Below are positions 21,519-29,086 of a DNA stretch of 64,000 nt, piece after piece; within the stretch, counting starts at the first letter, position 1; every line of letters begins with the position of its first letter. The translations under genes were made by a program, and so were the position numbers. The DNA is taken from assembly GCA_965112635.1 (NCBI GenBank), contig OZ218778.1, forward strand, positions 1,728,001-1,792,000. The letters run 5' to 3'. The DNA comes from an uncultured bacterium (GTDB taxonomy: Bacteria > Oederibacteriota > Oederibacteriia > Oederibacteriales > Oederibacteriaceae). The notes under the pieces were generated by a model. That model was not told the origin of the DNA. It did no database searches and worked only from the letters and a program-made list of their open reading frames with translations.

Positions 21519-21550
21519 GATGTAACCTTTTTGCCGTCCATGCGTTTAAT
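21519..21550 (+). promoter_or_regulatory. Second putative ECF promoter (TGTAAC-N16-CGTT)
   Basis: gatgtaaccttttt...gcgtttaat immediately after the anti-sigma stop. Confidence 0.72.
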
Positions 21551-21575
21551 AGTGCAGAGTGAAAGGAGGCACCCC

Positions 21576-22025
21576 ATGAACCTTAAGGTCGGCCTTAACG
21601 CGATACTGGTCATCCTCTTCCTGGTCCAACCTTACCCCGGCTATTCCAAGAGTTTCGATTACGAGAGAGTGAATCATAATGCCATGGTCACTCTGGCCAA
21701 AGCTCTGAAAGTAGATATAAAGGAAATACAAAAAGTCCGCAAGGCCGGGTACGGACTTGAAGAAGCCATGCTTTTGATCGTCATTTCCCAGGAAAGCAAG
21801 CAGCCGGTGGAAAAGATCATGGATATGACGGATGAGGGCTTGAGCTGGGAAGATATGGCCAAGAGATATCCTTTTTCTGTTGAGCAGGCTATCCAACGCT
21901 GTGTGTTTATCAGGAAAGATCATCCCATCAAGATGCCTCCCAGTACCGTCGAAGAGAGAAAAACCGCTTCCATAACCCCTCGGGCGCTCCGTCAAAAGAA
22001 GGAGGAGCAAAATGGTCAAAAATAA
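21576..22025 (+). CDS. Secreted hypothetical protein
   Basis: ATG 21576 after AAAGGAGG; signal peptide; G.G..E and GLSWEDMA motifs reminiscent of helical periplasmic accessory proteins. Confidence 0.65.
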   Translation: MNLKVGLNAILVILFLVQPYPGYSKSFDYERVNHNAMVTLAKALKVDIKEIQKVRKAGYGLEEAMLLIVISQESKQPVEKIMDMTDEGLSWEDMAKRYPFSVEQAIQRCVFIRKDHPIKMPPSTVEERKTASITPRALRQKKEEQNGQK

Positions 22026-24138
22026 ACTTCTCCTTTGCGGTGTAATGGCCATGGTAAGTATTCTGGGTACAGGCTTGACGGCCACAAATCTTTTTGCCCT
22101 GGACTGGCTTTGTTTTCAGAACGGGATAGACCATTCCGGGGAGAGTCTGGACCATACCGTCGGGTATAATTTCAACCAGGTTTGGAGTTTTACGGGAGGT
22201 AATAATCATATTTCCCAGCCTTTGGTTAAAGACGGTGCAGTCTATTTTGGCAACACTTCTTTTCCTGCTGGTTACTCGCAATTTTTCGCTGTTGATGCAA
22301 CCACGGGGAAGTTCCTGTGGTCCTACACGGTATATGAATGTTTGGGCACCAGCGCCGCGCCCTGTATTGACGGGGATGTCATCTACTATGTGACCCTCCT
22401 GGGGAATGTTTATGCCTTGAACATACATACCGGTGCTCTGGTATGGTCCAGTCAACTCAACTATAACAATTTCTCTGGCGCAGCAGCCCATTATATGTGT
22501 TCGGGGGTCACCTGCTTTGAGGGAAAGGTCTATTTTGGCTCGTTCGACGGATCTCTGTATGCCTTAAATGAAAGCGATGGGTCAGTGGCCTGGAGTTATG
22601 ACACCGGTACTTCCATTGAATCCACGCCCGCCATTGATGTTCAGAACCGCAGGATCTTTTTCGGCTGCAATGACGCTTATCTTTATTGTTTGAACCTGGA
22701 CAGCCATGACCTGGCCTGGAAAACATTTCTGGGGTCCAATGTCGTGAGCTCTCCGTCCTTGAGGGACGGCATGGTTTATGTGGGCACGACCATCAATGGC
22801 CTGTTCTCGCTGTCCCAGAGCGACGGCAGTATCCAATGGCAAGGCAACCTGCAATATGGGGGCTGGGTGTTTGGTTCTCCGGCCACTTCAGCCTACAAGA
22901 TCGTTGCCGCTTCCAATGACCATTATCTGTATTGCTTTAACAGGCAGACGGGAGCGGCACTATGGCAAACCAAATGTCTGGATAACTTTGCCTGCGTATC
23001 TCCCATCATTGATTGTGAAACAACCTATGTCGGCGGGTGTGTTGCTCATTTCTATGCCCTGGACCTGGAAAACGGTCGTATTTTGAGTACGGTCGGATTA
23101 AGCGACCGGATGGATTGTTCACCCAGCATATCCAATGGAAGGATTTATATGGGGTGTAATGACGGGGGTATATACTGTTTTTCCACTAAAAACCATAATA
23201 CCGCGCATCCTTTGTGCGACACCATGACCTTTACCAGTACTCCTACCCCGACTCAAACTCAAACGCAAACTATGACAGCCACTATCACTCAGACCTATAC
23301 TGTGACAGCCACACCGACCATTACGCCAACAACGACTAACACCCAGACCTCTACGGCCACTTTGACGGTTTCCCCTACGGCCACCCAGACCCCGACCCCT
23401 ACTGATACGGCTACCTGTACCGTAACCTGGACGGCGCGGTTTACCAATACCAATACCCCTACAAACACCAGTTCGGCCACAAGAACCCAGACCGTGACAT
23501 CCACTCCCACCATTGCCTGCCCGCCGGCAAAGATCACCTTTGTGATTTTGACCTTTAATACGGATCAATCGGGAAGTGTGGTCGTGCAGGCAACCGTAGA
23601 CGGAGGTAATATTGATTCCGTCACAGCCACTGTTTATCCCCAGGATACAAAATCCCAAAGCAGTATTCTGTGCCATACCTCTGTGACCGTGACCATGGGT
23701 CAGGTGAACGGAACAAGCGATCTGTACAGAGGTTCCTATCAGCCACAGACCGGGTTTGGGGATATCGAAAAAGTCATTGTCACGGTAAAGGATAAATGCG
23801 GCAATATCTATACCAGCGACGGGACCTTTAACCGGCAGGTGATCTCCGGCGGTCAGGATGTAAAGATCAAAACCAACATTTTTGATCCTACTAACGGCGA
23901 GACAGTGAAGATACAGTATTCGCTTTACGGAACCAGCCCTGTGGAGATAAAGATAATGGACCAGAACGGGAAGTATACCCAAACAGTGTTAAACCTTTCC
24001 TCGCAGCAAGAAGGGGTATATCAGGTTGCTTGGGATGGCAGGAACTCGGGCAATATCATGGTGGGCAGCGGCGTTTATTACGTGACCATCAAGACGGATT
24101 TTTATAAAGAGACTAAAAAGGTGATGGTGATAAAATGA
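22012..24138 (+). CDS. PQQ-like (BamB-type) beta-propeller protein with Thr/Pro-rich linker and FlgD-Ig/T9SS-like CTD
   Basis: Signal peptide; repeated YAL...G...W PQQ blades; Thr-rich tract ~23220-23515; CTD WDGRN....GSGVYYV...KKVMVIK. Confidence 0.85.
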   Translation: MVKNKLLLCGVMAMVSILGTGLTATNLFALDWLCFQNGIDHSGESLDHTVGYNFNQVWSFTGGNNHISQPLVKDGAVYFGNTSFPAGYSQFFAVDATTGKFLWSYTVYECLGTSAAPCIDGDVIYYVTLLGNVYALNIHTGALVWSSQLNYNNFSGAAAHYMCSGVTCFEGKVYFGSFDGSLYALNESDGSVAWSYDTGTSIESTPAIDVQNRRIFFGCNDAYLYCLNLDSHDLAWKTFLGSNVVSSPSLRDGMVYVGTTINGLFSLSQSDGSIQWQGNLQYGGWVFGSPATSAYKIVAASNDHYLYCFNRQTGAALWQTKCLDNFACVSPIIDCETTYVGGCVAHFYALDLENGRILSTVGLSDRMDCSPSISNGRIYMGCNDGGIYCFSTKNHNTAHPLCDTMTFTSTPTPTQTQTQTMTATITQTYTVTATPTITPTTTNTQTSTATLTVSPTATQTPTPTDTATCTVTWTARFTNTNTPTNTSSATRTQTVTSTPTIACPPAKITFVILTFNTDQSGSVVVQATVDGGNIDSVTATVYPQDTKSQSSILCHTSVTVTMGQVNGTSDLYRGSYQPQTGFGDIEKVIVTVKDKCGNIYTSDGTFNRQVISGGQDVKIKTNIFDPTNGETVKIQYSLYGTSPVEIKIMDQNGKYTQTVLNLSSQQEGVYQVAWDGRNSGNIMVGSGVYYVTIKTDFYKETKKVMVIK

Positions 24139-26768
24139 TGAAATTAGATTGTTGTGTTGAGTATTTAAGAGGAAGGGCGGGGAAAAGGATGAAAATTATC
24201 CTCACGTCTATCATTATATTGTCAGCTTTTTTATGCGCTCCAATCTTTTTCCACGCCAAGGTCACCTCATCCCAAACTAAGGAAATTAAAGATTACGGCA
24301 AACTGCCACTGGTGTTTGAGCCCAACCAGGGACAAACTGACCCGCGGGCCAAGTTTATATGTCGGGGAAGCGGATACAGCTTATTCCTGTGCCCTGATGA
24401 GGCGGTGCTGGTACTGAAAAAACCGGTAAAAGCCAAATCAGGCAAACCCGATTCCAAAATGGTACTTGGAGAAGTTATGGATAATGAGGCGCCTGAGGTC
24501 TTACGGGTCAAGCTGGCCGGTTGCAAGGAGCAGAGCCAGATGCAGGGTCAGGACCAACTGGGAGGCATAAGCAATTATTTTGTGGGCAACGATGCCAGCA
24601 AGTGGCAGACGAATATCCCGCAATATGCCAAGGTAAAGATCAATGAAATCTATCCGGGAATAGACCTGGTTTATTACGGAAACCAGAGGCAGTTGGAGCA
24701 TGATTTTGTGGTCAAACCCGGAGCAGACCCCAGGGCTATCCGCATGAATTTTGAAGGCGCGGAGAGTTTGCGGATAGACAGCCAGGGAAATCTGGTTTTG
24801 AAAGTAAAAAAAGGCGAGGTGGTATTGGAGAAGCCCATTGTTTATCAGGAGGGCGACAGCGGGAGGAAAGTTCTGGATGGAAGGTATGTATTAGTCGGGA
24901 ATCAGCAGGCCGGATTTGAGATAGGAGCGTATGATCAAAGTAAAGAGCTGGTGATAGATCCTGTGCTGGTTTACTCTACCTATCTGGGTGGGAGCAATAA
25001 TGATGGGGGCAATGGTATAGCTGTAGATGGTGCAGGGAATGCTTATGTCACTGGCCAAACTTGGTCAGCCAACTTTCCCACGCTCAATGCCATCCAGGGA
25101 AGTCTTATTGGAACGATGAATGTTTTTGTAACTAAGATCAATGCCGCAGGAAGTGCTTATATTTACTCCACCTATCTTGGAGGAAGCGGTGGTGATTATG
25201 GCACTAGTATAGCCGTAGATAATTCAGGGAATGCCTACATCACAGGCTATGCTGCATCAACCAACTTTCCCACTTTTAATGCTATCCAGGGGACTTTGGG
25301 GGGCAGTAGTGATGCTTTTGTGAGCAAGATTAATGCCGTGGGGAATGCCCTTGTTTACTCCACTTATCTTGGAGGCATTAACTTAGATGAGGGCACTGGT
25401 ATAGCCGTAGATAGTTTAGGGAACGCTTATGTTACAGGCTCTACTCAATCAACCAACTTTCCTACTCTCAATCCTATCCAGGGGAATCTTGGAGGAGTGG
25501 AGGATGCTTTTGTGGCCAAGATAAATGCGGCAGGAAGTGCCCTGGTTTATTCCACCTATCTTGGAGGCAATAACTTTGATGTTGGTTATGGTATAGCCGT
25601 AGATAGTTCAGGGAACGCTTATGTTACAGGCTATACTCAATCAACCAACTTTCCTACTCTCAATGCTATCCAAGGGAGTCTTGTTGGAGTGGATAATGCT
25701 TTTGTGGCCAAAATTAATGCCACCGGCAGTGCGTTAGTTTACTCCACCTATCTTGGGGGCAGCGGATATGATGGTGGCACTGGTATAGCCGTGGATAGTT
25801 CAGGGAACGCTTACGTTGCAGGCTTTACTCAATCAACCAACTTTCCTACTCTCAATCCTATCCAGGGGAATCTTGGAGGAACGGAGGATGCTTTTGTGAC
25901 CAAGATTAATGCCGCAGGAAATGCCCTGGTTTACTCTACCTATCTTGGAGGAAGTGGTGCTGATGTTGGCGCTGGTATAGCCGTAGACAGTTTGGGGGAT
26001 GCTTTTATTACAGGTTTTACTCAATCAAACAACTTTCCAACTTTCAATACTATACAAGTAATTCTTCTTGGATCGCAGAATGCTTTTGTTACCGGGATCA
26101 ATGCCATAGGCACTGGCTATGTTTTCTCCACCTATCTTGGAGGTGGCGGGGATCAAGGAAATGGTATTGCACTAGATAGCATGGAGAATGTCTATGTCAC
26201 AGGCCAAACTACGTCAACCAATTTTCCCACACTTAATCCTATCCAGGGAACTAATGGGGGAAGTGTTGACGCTTTTGTGAGCATGATTGGAAATATGATA
26301 GTTACGCCAACAACAACCGCAACGCCTTCACCGACTTATACGATGGGATCATCCGCAACATCGACAAATACGAGCACAGCAACCCAGACGCCTAGCCTGA
26401 CTTTAACGCCGCTCATGACCAATACCCCCATAGTAGGCCCACCCGGGCCATTTCCTAGTCCGACTTTAACTCCACTGGCGCCTAATGGAAAAGTAAGCAT
26501 TGGTCCCAGCATCATTTATCCGATCAAGGGTGATAAATGCAAGATCACCTATCAGATGGACAATGACGGATTAATTACCATCAAAATAATATCCAGGAAC
26601 GGAAGAATTGTTGAGACCCTGGAAGATTCTTCCTATGAAACAGCCGGCAACTATATGATCGAATGGGATGGTAAAGATAATGGAAATTACCTGCCTTCCG
26701 GTATTTATTATATTGTTGTTGAGACCCAGACCTATAAGAAAATACTACAGGTCATGATCATTAAATGA
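24135..26768 (+). CDS. SBBP (beta-propeller) repeat surface protein with Thr linker and FlgD-Ig/T9SS-like CTD
   Basis: LPL.FE.NQGQ...IYPGID...L.IDP N-domain; seven YSTYLGG..GIAVD..GNAYVTG repeats; CTD WDGKD....SGIYY...QVMIIK. True start may be the ATG at 24189. Confidence 0.88.
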   Translation: MMKLDCCVEYLRGRAGKRMKIILTSIIILSAFLCAPIFFHAKVTSSQTKEIKDYGKLPLVFEPNQGQTDPRAKFICRGSGYSLFLCPDEAVLVLKKPVKAKSGKPDSKMVLGEVMDNEAPEVLRVKLAGCKEQSQMQGQDQLGGISNYFVGNDASKWQTNIPQYAKVKINEIYPGIDLVYYGNQRQLEHDFVVKPGADPRAIRMNFEGAESLRIDSQGNLVLKVKKGEVVLEKPIVYQEGDSGRKVLDGRYVLVGNQQAGFEIGAYDQSKELVIDPVLVYSTYLGGSNNDGGNGIAVDGAGNAYVTGQTWSANFPTLNAIQGSLIGTMNVFVTKINAAGSAYIYSTYLGGSGGDYGTSIAVDNSGNAYITGYAASTNFPTFNAIQGTLGGSSDAFVSKINAVGNALVYSTYLGGINLDEGTGIAVDSLGNAYVTGSTQSTNFPTLNPIQGNLGGVEDAFVAKINAAGSALVYSTYLGGNNFDVGYGIAVDSSGNAYVTGYTQSTNFPTLNAIQGSLVGVDNAFVAKINATGSALVYSTYLGGSGYDGGTGIAVDSSGNAYVAGFTQSTNFPTLNPIQGNLGGTEDAFVTKINAAGNALVYSTYLGGSGADVGAGIAVDSLGDAFITGFTQSNNFPTFNTIQVILLGSQNAFVTGINAIGTGYVFSTYLGGGGDQGNGIALDSMENVYVTGQTTSTNFPTLNPIQGTNGGSVDAFVSMIGNMIVTPTTTATPSPTYTMGSSATSTNTSTATQTPSLTLTPLMTNTPIVGPPGPFPSPTLTPLAPNGKVSIGPSIIYPIKGDKCKITYQMDNDGLITIKIISRNGRIVETLEDSSYETAGNYMIEWDGKDNGNYLPSGIYYIVVETQTYKKILQVMIIK
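24966..26290 (+). repeat. Seven intragenic tandem repeats, ~192 bp (64 aa) period
   Basis: YSTYLGG codons recur at 24972, 25164, 25356 and onward; high nucleotide similarity between units. Confidence 0.85.
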
Positions 26769-26853
26769 TGAGAGTGATACAAAAGAAATTGCGGAGGATA
26801 GGTTTGTGTAATTAGGTACCTTATTGGTCAAAGAATAGGGAAAAGGGAAGAAA

Positions 26854-27825
26854 ATGACCTTTAAAAAACAAGGGATGGGTCTCTTGTTTTGTTTTTTAAT
26901 TTTACAGCTTTGTCACGCGCCTGTGCTGTCGGCCAGCGGTGCGGCCGGCGCTTCTTTTCTCCTCACCGAGCCTGGAGCGCGGCCGGTGGCCATGGCTGGA
27001 GCATTTACGGCCATGACCGGTGACCTTAATGCCATCAATTACAATCCCGCCAGTATCTGCACCTTTAATACATGGCAATGTTCCTTTGCCCATGTGAGCC
27101 TATATCAAGATACGGTCAATGAATGGGTGGCCGCCGCAGGCCCCTTTTATCATCTGGGTTCCATAGGGGGTTATTTACTCTATACAGGGGACAACAACTT
27201 TGTGATCACGGATGATAACGGCAATGATGTGGGGAAAGCGGATGCCTACAATATAGCTGGTTCTTTCGCTTATGCCGGAAAATTAATGAAATCCCTGGCG
27301 GGCGGTATTTTGATCAAGGGATTTTCCAGCAAGTTATATCAATATACTAATTACGGATTGGCCTTGGATGCCGGCGCCCAGCTTAGAAGCCCCATGCGTG
27401 GTTTATTTGCCGGCCTGTCTATCCAAAACGCGGGATATCAAACTGCTTTTATCCAGGTAGCCGATCCTCTACCGGAGGTGGTAAGGGCTGGGATTTTATA
27501 CCATTATTCCCTCGGCCGCTTGTATCATTCTCAAATCGAGGATAATCGTATGACGGTTAGCGTGGAACATGTTTTCAGCCTGGTTGAGGGCGAGGTGGAC
27601 CGTAACCTGGCCGGGGTGGAATTTGGCCTGGGAGAGTCTTTTTTTTTCAGGGGAGGCTTGATGATCGGGGAAGAACTGGCCGGTTACAGCCTGGGATTTG
27701 GAGCGGCGTATGAAAATTTCAGGTTGGATTATGCCTATGTGCCCTATGAGTATTTAGGTGATACCCACCGCCTGCAATTAACCTATTCCTTTTCAGAAGC
27801 AGAGCAGGCCCCGGCTCAAAAATGA
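26854..27825 (+). CDS. PorV/PorQ-like outer-membrane beta-barrel
   Basis: GASFL...PGARPVAMAGAFTA...D..A..YNPA N-terminal motif; RLDYAYVPY..LG.THR C-terminus. Confidence 0.85.
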   Translation: MTFKKQGMGLLFCFLILQLCHAPVLSASGAAGASFLLTEPGARPVAMAGAFTAMTGDLNAINYNPASICTFNTWQCSFAHVSLYQDTVNEWVAAAGPFYHLGSIGGYLLYTGDNNFVITDDNGNDVGKADAYNIAGSFAYAGKLMKSLAGGILIKGFSSKLYQYTNYGLALDAGAQLRSPMRGLFAGLSIQNAGYQTAFIQVADPLPEVVRAGILYHYSLGRLYHSQIEDNRMTVSVEHVFSLVEGEVDRNLAGVEFGLGESFFFRGGLMIGEELAGYSLGFGAAYENFRLDYAYVPYEYLGDTHRLQLTYSFSEAEQAPAQK

Positions 27826-27835
27826 TGGTATTTTT

Positions 27836-27967
27836 CTAGTTTTCTGCGGAGTGGAGGTCGTCCGCCTTACGGCGAGACGGACTGCTTTGATATTAATTCT
27901 CAGCGGAATGCAGTCCGCCTTACGGCGAGACGGATTAGTTTTCTGCGGAATGCAGTCCGCCGGAGCC
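27836..27967 (-). repeat. Three copies of the ETF-QO 3' end (LHSAEN-stop) interleaved with a 22-bp hairpin unit
   Basis: 27913-27967 is identical to 29065-29119 (55 bp); further synonymous variants at 27836-27857 and 27893-27919. Confidence 0.9.
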
Positions 27968-28004
27968 TTCTTTTCCAGATCATGGCAATTTAGATTGGGT
28001 ATGC

Positions 28005-28055
28005 TTGACAGGTGGAGTGTAGAAAGATACACTCAAAGGTGTAAAACAATACACC
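28005..28055 (+). promoter_or_regulatory. Sigma-70 promoter (TTGACA-17-TACACT) overlapped by two GTGTA-N6-TACAC palindromic operators
   Basis: TTGACA 28005-10, TACACT 28028-33; gagtgta-N6-tacactc 28015-34 and ggtgta-N6-tacacc 28038-55. Confidence 0.7.
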
Positions 28056-28068
28056 GGAGGGAAACAGC

Positions 28069-28614
28069 ATGATCCCGTTGAAGTCTAATGAAGCCAGGAC
28101 TGTTCTGGGCTATCTCTATCTCCACGACAACGAGCGTTTGTATGCCAATGAAATGGCGGCCAAGTTCGGGTTGGATAAAAGGAATTTGGTCAAAAAGCTC
28201 AAAACCCTGGAAAAAGAGGAAGTATTGCAAAGCGAAAAACAAGGAAATGCCGTGTATTATTCAATAAATAAAAAACATCCATTTTATGAAGAATACAAAA
28301 AAATTGTCCTGCGCACGGCGGGGGTCGAAGCTCAATTAAAAAAGGCATTACAATCCCTGGAAGGAATAAAAGAGGCTTATATTTTTGGCTCCTATGCCAA
28401 GAACCATATGGATGCCCATAGTGACATTGATCTTTTGGTCATTGGCGAGGCGGGGACCGTATCCCTGCAGGGGGCCATTGCCCCTTTGCAAAAGCATATT
28501 AAAAGGGTGATCAATGTCATCAATATGGCAGAAGGTGAATTTAAACAAAGAAAAGATAAAAAAGACCCTCTTGTCAAAGAAATCTTGGCCAATAAAAGGA
28601 TCAGGCTGATATGA
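28069..28614 (+). CDS. wHTH + minimal nucleotidyltransferase (MNT) antitoxin
   Basis: N-terminal HTH; AYIFGSYA......SDIDLLVIG nucleotidyltransferase motif. Confidence 0.88.
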   Translation: MIPLKSNEARTVLGYLYLHDNERLYANEMAAKFGLDKRNLVKKLKTLEKEEVLQSEKQGNAVYYSINKKHPFYEEYKKIVLRTAGVEAQLKKALQSLEGIKEAYIFGSYAKNHMDAHSDIDLLVIGEAGTVSLQGAIAPLQKHIKRVINVINMAEGEFKQRKDKKDPLVKEILANKRIRLI

Positions 28615-29039
28615 ATGAAAATGAATATTTCAAAAAGTTTGAATTTACCAAGGAGCAGATACTGGGCTATTTGAACAAGGCTCGAGGAGATCTCGAGATA
28701 GCCGGTGAATCCAAGCGAACCGAAGTAAAATTCCAATTTTCTTACAATGCATTGATCAAGGCCGGGATCGCCTTGATCGCAGTGTTAAAGAAGGAAAAGG
28801 TCCGCAGTGTTCCCGGGCATCATGTGAAGATACTGGAGGTTATGAGCAAGCTTTTGGGGGACGATCTGGTATATCAGGTCGGCAATGCCATGCGCACAAA
28901 AAGAAACTTAGACCTTTATGAGGGCAAAAGCGTGGTGACAGAAAAAGAAGCCGGGGATTACTATGAGTTTACTGGGAAAATATTAAAGAAGATCGATATT
29001 CTCTTAAAGGATAGGCTCAAGAAAAATATTATTTTGTGA
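28611..29039 (+). CDS. HEPN-domain toxin partner
   Basis: A..DL..A, YNA...A..AL, GHH, R.KRN...Y HEPN-like pattern; ATGA coupling to MNT; AT-rich. Confidence 0.78.
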   Translation: MNENEYFKKFEFTKEQILGYLNKARGDLEIAGESKRTEVKFQFSYNALIKAGIALIAVLKKEKVRSVPGHHVKILEVMSKLLGDDLVYQVGNAMRTKRNLDLYEGKSVVTEKEAGDYYEFTGKILKKIDILLKDRLKKNIIL

Positions 29040-29040
29040 G

Positions 29041-29086
29041 TTAGTTCTCCGCGGAGTGGAGGCCGTCCGCCTTACGGCGAGACGGA
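29041..29086 (-). repeat. Fourth extra LHSAEN-stop copy plus 22-bp hairpin abutting the ETF-QO stop
   Basis: Minus strand reads ggc ctc cac tcc gcg gag aac taa; gtccgccttacggcgagacgga at 29065-29086. Confidence 0.88.

Noticed and set aside
24966-26290. Diversity-generating retroelement template/variable repeats
   Set aside because: No reverse transcriptase in the window, and the repeats are in-frame structural blades without evident adenine-specific mismatches.
27836-27967. Possible mini CRISPR array
   Set aside because: The intervening sequences are variants of one gene end rather than unique spacers, spacing is irregular, and no cas genes are in the window.
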